Assembly: GCA_050697075.1 (NCBI GenBank)
Contig: JBOGZC010000003.1
Coordinates: 846-64,845, forward strand
Source: Solirubrobacterales bacterium
GTDB lineage: Bacteria; Actinomycetota; Thermoleophilia; Solirubrobacterales; 70-9
Direction: 5' to 3'
Length of the DNA: 64,000 nucleotides
Shown here piece by piece: positions 44,596-54,069 of this stretch. The notes below the pieces were generated by a model, which saw only the letters and a list, made by a program, of their open reading frames with translations, was not told the origin of the DNA and did no database searches. Both the position numbers and the translations under genes were made by a program. The stretch's first letter is position 1. Every line of letters starts with the position of its first letter.

Positions 44596-44976
44596 GGAAG
44601 CCCCGACCCGCCGACTGGAGCGCGGGGAACCCCCTCGTGCGGGGTCCTCAGAGGCGCAATCTCCGGCCCGTACCCATTCCGCTGGCGCCCTCGGCACGCG
44701 AAGGTGCGGTCATGACCGGTAAGACGACTCCACGGCAGCTGGGACCGGACCAGCCGCCCAATGTCTTGCGGGTGATCGGCGTCGCCGCAATTTTTCCCCT
44801 TCGGCTGGCGCTCTACCACGCCTTCCCCTCCCCACCCTCGCGCCCGGTGGCTGCGGTGATCCTGCCCAGTCATTCACGCAAGGGCTACGAGACGAGCCGC
44901 GCCGGGTGCGGCGCCCGCCCCGACCGTCGCACCCGGCCGGTCGTACACACCAACGAAAGGCAACCAAAGGAGCACC

Positions 44977-45318
44977 ATGATTCGCACTAGATCCATCCAG
45001 TTCATCCCCGGTGCGGCAGCGGTACCGATCGTCGCGCTGGTCGTCGCCGGCTGTGGCGGCAGCGGCAGCGGCGCGACCGCGGCGAGCCCGCCGCCCCAAA
45101 CCGCCAACGCACACCCGGCAAAGGTCGCTAAGCCGTCGCCGAAGCCGGCCGCTCCGAAGCCGAGGACGACGACAGCTCCGCCGCCTCCGCCTCCACCAAC
45201 GACGACTACGCAAGCTGCCCCGCCGCCGCCGGCAGCCAGCGGCATCCCTCAAAACAACGGCGGCGATGGCGACGCCGATAACAACGGCGGGCCGGACGAC
45301 GGCGACGGCGGCATCTGA
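44977..45318 (+). CDS. Pro/Thr-rich lipoprotein
   Basis: AAAGGAG SD. Lipobox LVVAGCGGSG. Low-complexity PT-rich body. Confidence 0.5.
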   Translation: MIRTRSIQFIPGAAAVPIVALVVAGCGGSGSGATAASPPPQTANAHPAKVAKPSPKPAAPKPRTTTAPPPPPPPTTTTQAAPPPPAASGIPQNNGGDGDADNNGGPDDGDGGI

Positions 45319-45319
45319 G

Positions 45320-45916
45320 ATGACGACGCGCGCCCGCGTGACGATCGGCGTCATCGCCGTCACCTTGGTGGCGGTGGCGCTGATCCTCGCCCTGGCCGGC
45401 GGTAGCCAATCGAGCGACCGCCGGCCGGGGCGCTTCCCCTGGCTGCACCCGGCTTCGCCGCCGACCGCCTGGAAGGTCGCTCACGCGTCGGGCGGAGCCG
45501 CGCTCGCGTACCCGCCCGGATGGAAATCGATCGAGAGCGACCCCGGCACAGCGTCGGTGGCCCTTCTCCGCGGCGGCGACCGGATTCCCGACCGGATTGC
45601 CGCCTTCCTCAATGCGACCCCGAAGCAGGGGCCGGAGACGCTCGCGAACTGGACCCGTTTCCGCCTGCAACACAACCGTGGCGAGGACAACCGGAACGTG
45701 CGCCTGATCGCTTCCGCCAAGGACTTGAGCTTTCGCTCCGCGCGCGGCTCGTGCGTGATCGACGACTACACGACCTCGAAGGCCACCTACCGCGAGATCG
45801 CATGCATCGTGTCCAGCTCACGATCGACCGGGGTGGTCGTTGCCGCAGCGCCAAGAGGGCTCTGGGACCAACGGGCCACCACCTTGGAACGAGCCGTTTC
45901 GAGCTTCGTGCCGTGA
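45320..45916 (+). CDS. membrane-anchored hypothetical protein
   Basis: ATG 2 nt after the upstream stop. TM VTIGVIAVTLVAVALILALAGG. Confidence 0.55.
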   Translation: MTTRARVTIGVIAVTLVAVALILALAGGSQSSDRRPGRFPWLHPASPPTAWKVAHASGGAALAYPPGWKSIESDPGTASVALLRGGDRIPDRIAAFLNATPKQGPETLANWTRFRLQHNRGEDNRNVRLIASAKDLSFRSARGSCVIDDYTTSKATYREIACIVSSSRSTGVVVAAAPRGLWDQRATTLERAVSSFVP

Positions 45917-45919
45917 GCA

Positions 45920-45970
45920 GAACCGTTTTGCGATTCCGTCGTTTTGAGAGTTTCGAGAGACGCTGAGGGC
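45920..45970. repeat. orphan copy of block 3 of the composite repeat
   Basis: CCGTTTTGCGATTCCGTCGTTTTGAGAGTTTCGAGAGACGCTGAGGG versus 53209..53255 and 32378..32423. Confidence 0.65.
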
Positions 45971-46443
45971 TTCCTGAGTCGCCAGTTCTGAACCTCCCCT
46001 GCGGATATGATCGGCGGTGCTTGAGCGTTGGGGGGAGACCCGCTCGGCGGCTACGGCCGCGGATTCGGCCGATGGAACGGCCACTCCGGATTGCTGGGAG
46101 GTCATCTGCCCTCGCCCTCCGATGGCGCGTTTTCACTCTGGCGGGGCCGGAGATCGTCACAAAGTGGCGCCCTGAGAGCTCGTATTGCGGCTCTTTAGAA
46201 ATGCGGCAACGAATCTACTCGGCGGGCGACCGCTCGTCGCGTCTGTCGATGCTGGGTCAACCGCTGAGGGGATCTCAGCAGCCGTAGGGGTCCCTCTTCC
46301 CGAGGGACTTTGTGCAACACCCTCCATGGACAGCAGCAGTGTCCGGCGTGAGATACTCGGCGGGCGATGTCGGAGGATCTCGAAGATTGCATCCGCCGGC
46401 CCTTCATCGCCGAGCCGGCCCACGCTCAGACAGCGCCTCTTTG

Positions 46444-47370
46444 ATGCGAGCCGCCGGTATCAGCGAGTTCGGCGGTGCTGTAAGGCGGATCGACCTCCCA
46501 GATCCGCGCCCCCTCGCGGACGACGAGGTCCTGATCGAAGTCCGGGCCGCGGGCGTCGGCAACTGGGAGGAGGTCGTCCGGTCGGGCGAGTGGGATGTCG
46601 GCCGCGCCCCTCCCATGGCGCTGGGCGTCGAGGCCGCCGGGGTTGTAACGGCGGTCGGAGATTCCGTCGAGAACTGGGAGCCTGGCGATGAGGTGCTCAG
46701 CCACCCGCTCCCGCTGCGGGATCAGGGAGCCTGGGCGCCCCTGCTGATCGCCTCGGCGACGGTGGTCGCGCGAAAGCCTGCCGCCCTCTCGTGGGAGGCC
46801 GCTGCAGCGTTCCCCGTTCCCGCCCTGACCGCCACGCAGGTGATCGACGGAGCCCTGGCGGTGCGCCCTGACGACCTGGTCCTCGTCAATGGTGGGAGCG
46901 GGGTGACCGGCACGCTGCACGTTGGGCTGGCCGCGGCGCGCGGCGCCCAGGTGATCGCGACAGCAGGACCGGCCAGCCATGAGCGCCTGCGCCGGCTCGG
47001 AGCGGCCCACGTGCTCGACTATCACGACCCCGACTGGCCGGAGCAGGCGCGCGCGATTGGCGGCGGCTTGGGCATGACCGCCGTCGCGAACGCCGCGCCT
47101 GACGGCTCAGCCGTCGCGATCGGCACCGTGCGCGACGGCGGTCGCCTTGCGACGATCACCCAGGACCCACCGGACGAGCAGCGGGGCATCGAGGTCTCGT
47201 CGGTGATCGTGCAGCCCGACGGCCGCGCGCTCGGCGAGCTCGCCGAGCTGGTCGCGACCGGGAAGCTCGAGGTCTCGACCGCGGCGACGTTCCCGCTCGA
47301 GGAGGCCGCCGAGGCCTTGGCGGCAGCAATCGGGGGCGGCGCCGGCGGAGCGGTCGTGCTTCGCCCCTGA
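46444..47370 (+). CDS. MDR-superfamily zinc-type alcohol dehydrogenase / NADPH:quinone oxidoreductase-like
   Basis: ...VLIEVRAAGVGNWEE...GVEAAGVVTAVGDSV..W.PGDEV...LVNGGSGVTGTLHVGLAAARGAQVIA... Confidence 0.85.
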   Translation: MRAAGISEFGGAVRRIDLPDPRPLADDEVLIEVRAAGVGNWEEVVRSGEWDVGRAPPMALGVEAAGVVTAVGDSVENWEPGDEVLSHPLPLRDQGAWAPLLIASATVVARKPAALSWEAAAAFPVPALTATQVIDGALAVRPDDLVLVNGGSGVTGTLHVGLAAARGAQVIATAGPASHERLRRLGAAHVLDYHDPDWPEQARAIGGGLGMTAVANAAPDGSAVAIGTVRDGGRLATITQDPPDEQRGIEVSSVIVQPDGRALGELAELVATGKLEVSTAATFPLEEAAEALAAAIGGGAGGAVVLRP

Positions 47371-47402
47371 CGGGGGCGAGGATCTAGCCCGCCAGGGATT
47401 GA

Positions 47403-47636
47403 GTGGCGACCCCCTCTGGTCAACGACGGCCCCGTATGGTCGAGCCGGTCTTCGCCCAGATCAAGAACAACCTGCGGGCGGGGCGCTTCCACGAGCGGCG
47501 GGGATGGATCTCGGACGGCCACCGGACGTTCTACCCAGAGCTCGGCGTCGCCGATACCCGATTCCGGCTGAGCCTGTCCGAGGGCGCCGTCGATCGGGAG
47601 CAGCCGGAACGTGGCGAGAGCAGGCGGCCGAGCTAG
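47403..47636 (+). pseudogene. remnant of a DDE transposase C-terminus (IS5/IS1182-like)
   Basis: ...MVEPVFAQIKNNLRAGRFHERRG... resembles the conserved VE.VFGQIK...GFRRF.LRG tail. No upstream catalytic domain. Confidence 0.4.
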
Positions 47637-47988
47637 GGGTTACCGCCGACGGGAATCGCGCCAAACAAATAATGCAACGGCAAGGCCTCAATGTCGTCAC
47701 ACAGACCCGCACTGGATTCGGATCCCGGTAGCGGTGCCTCGAAAGGCCTGCTCAGCTAAAGGTTTGTCGATTCGGTGGTTGGGGTTTGTCCCGGACGTTG
47801 TCCTGCGCTCGTGGCGCTCCGATCTCCAGCGAGCCCCAGGCCATCTTGGTTGAGTGGAGCTAGACGGCTCCATCGAGCTTCTCGAGCGGCCCGCGGACAT
47901 TGGGGCTGAGCCCGCTCGTCCTCACCGCTACTGGCCGGCACCTTGGGCCAAGAGCCGCACGGGCTGCGGTCCAGACTCCGCAAACGCC

Positions 47989-48264
47989 ATGCGGTTCAAG
48001 GTAGGCATTAGCGGAGAGCATCTTGATCGGGCAAGGGCGGCGCTGAACCGTGCTGACATCCCGACAATCGGTCCTCTCTACTACCGGCTCAGAGAGCAGG
48101 AGGTAATCGAGAGCAAGAGGGGGCTCCTGGCGGCGGTACTAGATGCCGAGACCGCCGAGGAGGCGAAAGCCCGCGTGAGGGAAAACTTGCCCGCGAATGG
48201 CAACGGCAACTACGGCATCGGGGACCCAGAGAGCTGGGTAGAAGGGCCGACTGGCCCAGCTTGA
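47989..48264 (+). CDS. hypothetical protein
   Basis: MRFKVGISGEHLDRARAALNRADIPTIGPLYYRL... Start chosen at the internal ATG. Weak. Confidence 0.3.
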   Translation: MRFKVGISGEHLDRARAALNRADIPTIGPLYYRLREQEVIESKRGLLAAVLDAETAEEAKARVRENLPANGNGNYGIGDPESWVEGPTGPA

Positions 48265-48712
48265 CCCGGGCGGTGAGACGTGCGGTCAAGGTCGGGGCGA
48301 GGTGGCGGATGGGGCTCGCGAAGCGCGTGAGGAGGAGAATTGACCCGCTCCGAGCCCGCCGGCGTGTTTGCTGCTGGAAGTAACAGCGAAACCTGGCCAG
48401 CAGTGCAACGCTCCGTTCTACGTCGTCGAAAGGCGACCAGAGACGTCTTCGTTCACCAGAGCGCGCTCGTCGGCACGGAGGTCGAGGCCTTAGCGAGGGA
48501 GCCATGGTCACCTACGAGACCGAATCGAGCCCCAAGGGCCCCAAGGCGGCAAACGTCCAAACGAGCTAGGCGGCGAGCCATAATGGCCTCGTCGCGGCGA
48601 GCGCGATCGCCCGGCTAGGAGGGCTGAGCGAAACGGCTAGCGGAACTCATCGGAGAGTTGCGCCGCAGTTGCGGCAGGCGGGCTTCGGTTTGACGACCTC
48701 GGGCACACCCGG

Positions 48713-48955
48713 CTACTGCTCGTAGCCCTCGACCGTGCCGGCGTCGCGGACCGACGCCTCGGCGGGATCGAGTTGGAACTCCTGGCGCGCCTCGCGCTGG
48801 CGAAGCAGGTCCCAGCAGCGATCGAGCTCGACCTTCAGTTCGGCGAGCCGCTCGTGGCGGGCGTCGTCCGGGCCGTGCCCCTCGGCCTCCTGCATCAGGC
48901 GCTGCTCCTCCGCGACCAGCTCGTCGATCTGATCGCGAAGGGTCGAGTCGTCCAC
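48713..48955 (-). CDS. DUF2630 family protein
   Basis: MDDSTLRDQIDELVAEEQRLMQ......RLAELKVELDRCWDLLRQREA. Compact 80-aa helical protein. Confidence 0.7.
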   Translation of the reverse strand: MDDSTLRDQIDELVAEEQRLMQEAEGHGPDDARHERLAELKVELDRCWDLLRQREARQEFQLDPAEASVRDAGTVEGYEQ

Positions 48956-49330
48956 CGGCAGACCTTAGCGCTCCAGTTATGGTCCAGGAGAGTCGGGGAT
49001 TCGAGTCCCCTCGCCCGCAGCGATCCGCCCCGGGGAGGGAGCGAACGGGGGGCGCGAGTCTGAACCCGAGCGCGATGAAGTCATCAAGGCGATGTGCGCG
49101 CCACAACTCTCACGGATACCGGCTCGTTTCGGCAGCTCTGGCGCTGCCGACCGTGATCGTGGGCGCGGGCTAGGTCGGAGCCGGGGTGGCGACCCTCTAG
49201 CACCGCCCCGGACTCGCTCGCGTGATTATCCCTTCCTGCGGCGGGGGTGGTTGCCGTACGACTTCTTCTCGCCGATGGTGCCGTCCTTGGTCTCGACCGA
49301 GACTGACGACAGGCGGACTAGATTTGAGCA

Positions 49331-49687
49331 ATGGGTCGAGCCTGGACATGCGCTGGCTGCGGCGTGACAACAAGCTTTGGTCCAAGCGCCCCTGAGCCGC
49401 TGCACCCCGAAGGATGGGCCCAAAAAGACGGGGAGTGGCGCTGCCTCCGGTGTCGGCGTGAGGACGTTATGGCCGAGGCTTCCGAACGAGCGCCCGCCGG
49501 CACGAAGGCCGGCTGGCGGCGAGCGCTCACCGAGTTTGAGCTGCTGCGCGACCCCGCCGCCTCGGACCAATTGATCGCCAGACGGGCCAAGTGCCCCACG
49601 GCCTTTGTCGCCCCGGTCCGCGCGGCACTTCGCAAGGCGGGGAGGCTGGCGCCCCCCTCAAGCTCAACGCCGGAGAACGAGCCATGA
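49331..49687 (+). CDS. zinc-ribbon hypothetical protein
   Basis: C-x2-C ... C-x2-C (WTCAGCG...WRCLRCR). Confidence 0.45.
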   Translation: MGRAWTCAGCGVTTSFGPSAPEPLHPEGWAQKDGEWRCLRCRREDVMAEASERAPAGTKAGWRRALTEFELLRDPAASDQLIARRAKCPTAFVAPVRAALRKAGRLAPPSSSTPENEP

Positions 49688-49737
49688 TTGCTGGCTGTCG
49701 TGGCGCCAGCCGCTGCCGTGCGCCAGGCTTGCTGCGG

Positions 49738-49975
49738 AGGGCGTGCGATCGGCTTGCGATCAGCTCGTTGGGCGACAGGCGCGAACAATCGCTATCCGAT
49801 CGAGCGAAGGCGCGTCGAATTGGGCCGAATCCGAGGCGGAGCGGGAGGAAGGAATGGGCCCGTTTGCAGGGACGTTCTTCTTCGAAGCGGAGGGGGAGGG
49901 ATTCGAACCCTCGTCACGCCCTGAAGACGTGAAACGGTTTTCGAGACCTTTGAAACGGTCTTCAGAGACCGTTTC
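49738..49975. repeat. composite repeat, copy B (block 1, part of block 2, tRNA-Ser fragment, perfect 10-bp hairpin)
   Basis: See 32097..32423. Ends in GAAACGGTCT-TCAG-AGACCGTTTC (49952..49975). Confidence 0.75.
49888..49950 (-). other. tRNA-Ser(CGA) 3' fragment, copy B
   Basis: Same 63 nt as copy A except one substitution in the variable-arm loop and divergence in the 5' side of the anticodon stem. Confidence 0.65.
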
Positions 49976-50066
49976 AGCCACAGCGGCTTCCCGCGCCACC
50001 ACCTAATGCAGCGGATAGCCGCGCGTCGCAGGACCAGCGACTTCGTCGTCCCGACTATGCCTGCTA

Positions 50067-50339
50067 CTAGGCGTCGTATCGGCCGCCGAACTGCGCCGGT
50101 TGGGGCCGGCTCTTGTGCCCAGCTTCTTGGATGATCGGCGGGACCTCGGGGTCGGAGAGAAAGCTCTGAAAGCCCTCCTCGTCCCAGTCGAAGAGCACCC
50201 ACACCCGGTCCTCCTCATTGGGGTCGCGAAAGACCGTCGCGCCCTTGGACCCATGCTCCTTTCGCTTCTCGGCACCCTTGGTCGAGAAGATGCTCAGGAA
50301 CTGGTCGAAATCTTCGACCGTCGTCGTTGCTAGGAACAA
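50067..50339 (-). CDS. ABM-like / dimeric alpha-beta-barrel small protein
   Basis: MFLATTTVEDFDQFLSIFSTKGAEKRKEHGSKGATVFRDPNEEDRVWVLFDWDEEGFQSF. Confidence 0.55.
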   Translation of the reverse strand: MFLATTTVEDFDQFLSIFSTKGAEKRKEHGSKGATVFRDPNEEDRVWVLFDWDEEGFQSFLSDPEVPPIIQEAGHKSRPQPAQFGGRYDA

Positions 50340-50533
50340 GTGTCTACTCCTCTCGGGACTTAGCGTCGTTGCACTTGCGCGGCCTAAGCTCGCACCCTAT
50401 CTGCGCAGGTGAGTCGGCTCAAAGAACGCGTTTTTCACCAACCCCTGAGGAACCTGCCAAAAGCTCTCAGGCGTCGCTCCCGTTTGTCTTGAGGTTTGTT
50501 GCATTCATCATCCCTTTCCGACCCGATGGAGCG

Positions 50534-52879
50534 ATGCCTTTGACGTCGCCCAAAGCCGTTATGGCGGCTGGGAGCTCGCTGGTTCGAATAGGGGTCGTCT
50601 CGGCCGCGGCCGGGGCCCTCGCCCTATTCGTCCTTGCTCCCATGGCCCAGGCGCTCAGCTCGGTTCCGGCTCGGACCCCGATCACCAACGGGCCCGTGAA
50701 CGCGATCGCCGCTACGCCGCAGGCGATCTATATCGGCGGCAGCTTCTCTCATGTGGGGCCCAACACAGGTCCCGGCGTTGGGGTCGATGCCGCAACCGGA
50801 AGGAATAGCCACTGGCCGATGGTTGCGAGTGAGCCCGGCGCCACACCAAGGGTCTGGGATGCCGCCCCCGACGGCTCTGGGGGCTTCTACGTTGCCGGCG
50901 ACTTCACTCGCGTGGGCGGCAGATCGCTTGGCTACCTCGTCCACCTACGAGCGGATGGGAGCATCGACCGACGCTTCGCGCCGGCCCCCGATGGCCGGGT
51001 CTTCGACCTCGTGGTGTCTGGTTCGACGGTCTATGCGGTGGGCGGCTTCACCACGATCGGCGGTCAGTCCAGAGACGGACTCGCGGCTCTCAACGCTAGA
51101 ACCGGCGCTGCTACGAGCTGGGACCCGGCCGCGAACGGAATCGAGGGAGGAATAGAGGCGATCGCGGTGTGGGGCTCGACGGTCTACGTGGGGGGCGCGA
51201 TCAGAGAGATCGAGGGACAGCCGCGAAATCACGTCGCCGCGCTTGATGTATCGACCGGCGCGCTGGAGCCCTGGAATCCGCCAGACGTCCGCGGGGTGAT
51301 CGACGCCCTCGCCGTCTCGAGCTCGACGGTCTACATTGGCAAGGAGTCCACGCATATCGGCAACATGTTGGACGCGGTGGACCGATCGACCGGCAAGACC
51401 ATCGGCATCTTTCACTCGTATCCGACCGGGGCGGTCCGCGACCTCGTCGTCAAGGGGTCGAGGCTCTACGTGGCGGGTTCGTTCTCCACGATGCTGCACT
51501 TCAGGGAGAGCGGTGACGTCTTCATCCCTAGGCCCTCTCTCGCGTCCTACAACACGACTACGGGCGAGCTGACGCACTGGAATCCACGGCCGGACGACGG
51601 CGTCTCGGCAATCGCCATCTCCGGCTCGAAGGTCTACGCGGCGGGCGACTTCACCGAAGTCCGAGGAAAGTCTCGCGATCACCTGGCGGCGATCAATCGG
51701 TGGAGCGGCGTACCGACCGCCTGGAACCCGAGCGCAGACAGCGCGCCAAGCACGATTGCGGTCTCGGGCTCGACCGTCTATACGGGTGGCAGTTTCAACT
51801 CGGTGGGAGGCAAGCCGAGGGATAGCCTCGCCGCGCTCAGTCCGACGACCGGAACGCTGATGTCCTGGAACCCAAAGGTCAGTCCCGATGATTTCCCTCG
51901 TGGCGATGTGGAGGCCCTAGCGGTCCACGGCTCGACCGTCTACGCGGGCGGTGCCTTCCACGAGATCGGCGGTCAGCCGCGGAGCAACCTCGCCGCCATC
52001 GACCGAACCACGGGTGCGCCGACGAGCTGGAATCCTGGAGCCAACCACACCGTCTCGGCGCTGGCTGCCTCCGACAACGCGATCTACGCCGGTGGGGAGT
52101 TCACCTCGGTCGGCGGCGAGGTTCGCAACAACCTCGCCAAGATCGACTTGGCCAGCGGCGACGTGACCGACTGGGATCCGAACGTGACGACCACCAAGCA
52201 CTACCCGCAGTACCCCAACTACTTCCCGTCTCACCAGTGCATCGGAGACGATCCGTGCCTGTTCACCCTCGTCGATGCGATCGCGGTCGCTGGCTCGAGG
52301 GTCTACGTCGGCGGGATCTTCGATCACGTCGCCGGCAAGCCCCGAGGCAACATCGCGGCCCTCGACGCAACAACCGGTGCCGCCAAGAGCTGGAGTCCCG
52401 ACGCTAGCGGCGGCGGCTCCGCTGGTGGCTACGCGAGCGGCATGGTCGCCGCCCTGCGGGTCTCGGGTCCGATCGTCTACGCCGGCGGTGATTTCGCGCA
52501 GATCGGCGGCGAGCCCCGCGCCAATCTCGCCGCCCTGAACACAGCGGACGGCTCGGCGACGAACTGGGACCCGAGCGTCAGCTTTCACGGCGGTGACACC
52601 ATCATCAGCGCGATCGCCGTGAAGGGCCCCAACGTCTATGTGGGCGGCACCTTCGACAAGGTCGGGGCAACGGCCCGTGACAACCTCGCTGCCGTCAACG
52701 CATCGAGCGGAACCTCGACGAGCTGGAATCCAAGCGCCGAGTTCCCCCAGACCTATCTCCCTTTCTATGTCGCCGCGACAAGCCTGGCTCTGGCCCCCGA
52801 TGGCTCGCTGTGGGCCGGCGGGCGCTTCAGCTTTTTCCCAGCCGCCCCGGCGGCGGGCATCGCGCGGTTTGAGCCCTGA
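50534..52879 (+). CDS. large secreted repeat protein (about 14 beta-propeller-type blades)
   Basis: Signal peptide. More than 12 repeats of ...(V/I)Y(A/V)GG.F..(I/V)GG..R..LAA(L/I)(D/N)..(T/S)G....WNP... Confidence 0.75.
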   Translation: MPLTSPKAVMAAGSSLVRIGVVSAAAGALALFVLAPMAQALSSVPARTPITNGPVNAIAATPQAIYIGGSFSHVGPNTGPGVGVDAATGRNSHWPMVASEPGATPRVWDAAPDGSGGFYVAGDFTRVGGRSLGYLVHLRADGSIDRRFAPAPDGRVFDLVVSGSTVYAVGGFTTIGGQSRDGLAALNARTGAATSWDPAANGIEGGIEAIAVWGSTVYVGGAIREIEGQPRNHVAALDVSTGALEPWNPPDVRGVIDALAVSSSTVYIGKESTHIGNMLDAVDRSTGKTIGIFHSYPTGAVRDLVVKGSRLYVAGSFSTMLHFRESGDVFIPRPSLASYNTTTGELTHWNPRPDDGVSAIAISGSKVYAAGDFTEVRGKSRDHLAAINRWSGVPTAWNPSADSAPSTIAVSGSTVYTGGSFNSVGGKPRDSLAALSPTTGTLMSWNPKVSPDDFPRGDVEALAVHGSTVYAGGAFHEIGGQPRSNLAAIDRTTGAPTSWNPGANHTVSALAASDNAIYAGGEFTSVGGEVRNNLAKIDLASGDVTDWDPNVTTTKHYPQYPNYFPSHQCIGDDPCLFTLVDAIAVAGSRVYVGGIFDHVAGKPRGNIAALDATTGAAKSWSPDASGGGSAGGYASGMVAALRVSGPIVYAGGDFAQIGGEPRANLAALNTADGSATNWDPSVSFHGGDTIISAIAVKGPNVYVGGTFDKVGATARDNLAAVNASSGTSTSWNPSAEFPQTYLPFYVAATSLALAPDGSLWAGGRFSFFPAAPAAGIARFEP

Positions 52880-52929
52880 GTCTCACCGCCTTCGGCACTG
52901 CCATTTCATTTTCGTTGGTCTGGCATCAC

Positions 52930-53255
52930 GGCGGTTCGCGCGATCGTCGCGCGATCGGCCCGTTGGGCGACGGGCGTCGGAATCGGCGTCAATCGGCCAC
53001 TTTCCCGGCCAAGACCGCCCTTCTTGAGCTTAAGCCGTGAAGAGGAAGAAGTGCCGTTTGCAGCTACTTCCCGACTCGAAGCGGAGGGGGAGGGATTCGA
53101 ACCCTCGTCACGCCCTTAAGACGTGAAACGGTTTTCGAGACGAGGATTTTGAGTCTTGCTTGGTGCCGATTTGCAGGCCCTTCGCCCCGGTCCCTGGACT
53201 TGTGCGATCCGGTTGCGATTCCCTCGTTTTGAGAGTTATGAGAGACGCCTTGGGG
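52930..53255. repeat. composite repeat, copy C
   Basis: All four blocks present. Closest to copy A. Confidence 0.8.
53082..53144 (-). other. tRNA-Ser(CGA) 3' fragment, copy C; candidate att boundary of the phage-like island
   Basis: Identical to copy A from the discriminator through the anticodon loop. Confidence 0.65.
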
Positions 53256-53460
53256 CTCTCGAAATCCGCGAGTTCGTCGACGCAAATCCACATGGCAAGG
53301 GCTTTCCGCTCGCGGCAGCTCGTTGCATGGCCAAGTAGGGGGAGCGGTCGACCTGAATCGAGACGAGCAACGATCCCGTCCGAGCTATGGCACGAAGATC
53401 TATCGGCCTGTCAGCACCTGACGCGGGCGCAGGAGGCCGGACTCAGATCTGACCAAGAGA

Positions 53461-54069
53461 TCAGTCCTGCCAGAGCGAAGACGGCCCCCAGTAGCCTTCG
53501 GCGCGGATCGAGTCGTAGAGAATCTGTGCCTCCGAGCTGTCCAGGAGCTGAAGCTCGGTCACAGCCAAGCGGATCACCTGGCGTGTCGTGACCACCTCCG
53601 AATTCGGGGCGCGCTCGGATAGAACCCGTCTCCCGGCAGCGTCGTCCATCACTGCTCCCCAGCCCCGGATCTCGGCGATAGCTATCACAGCCGCTTCGCC
53701 TTGGCCGAGCCTCACGGCAAGTCCAGAGGCCTTTTGAAACTCGGCTGTCTGCAGCTCAGCGTAGAGCGCGATCTCATCTTCCGCGAGATCAATCACTTCG
53801 ATGTCCGCTCTGCTCCGCACTTCCAGGATTCGCCCCCACTGATCGGTCATCTCGCCGCTATCTGCGCGATCAGCGAAGTGGCGCTCGGATTGTCCGAGCT
53901 CGCTGACTCGAAATGCGGGCCCGCTCGGCTCCTCGTCCGGATCGAATACCTGCCTAGGAGTTCGGATCGTGCCGCCGAGAACCGCGCTCAGCAAATCAAG
54001 GCTGCGGGCGAGAGCCAAGTGACGCAGCGGGGTCGTGTTGCAGACGGTGTCAGGGTCGAGCGGACTCAC
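53461..54069 (-). CDS. PIN-like domain protein
   Basis: N-terminal ...VCNTTPLRHLALARSLDLL... and ...LGQGEAAVIAIAEIRGWGAVMDDAAGRRV... (PIN acidic-residue pattern). 20-nt overlap with the upstream ImmA gene. Confidence 0.55.
   Translation of the reverse strand: MSPLDPDTVCNTTPLRHLALARSLDLLSAVLGGTIRTPRQVFDPDEEPSGPAFRVSELGQSERHFADRADSGEMTDQWGRILEVRSRADIEVIDLAEDEIALYAELQTAEFQKASGLAVRLGQGEAAVIAIAEIRGWGAVMDDAAGRRVLSERAPNSEVVTTRQVIRLAVTELQLLDSSEAQILYDSIRAEGYWGPSSLWQD

Noticed and set aside
48985-49030. tRNA-like T-arm string GTCGGGGATTCGAGTCCCCTCGCCCGCA on the plus strand (Gly-like acceptor end).
   Set aside because: An extra A breaks the universal G53-C61 closing pair and no 5' half or acceptor partner exists upstream. 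At best it is a very decayed tRNA 3' remnant, and the support is too weak to list as a feature.
49226-49330. Possible tiny minus-strand gene ending ...VETKDGTIGEKKSYGNHPRRRKG*.
   Set aside because: It has an attractive basic tail, but no ATG, GTG or TTG start lies in a sensible position, and it is part of a long shadow ORF (49226..49570).
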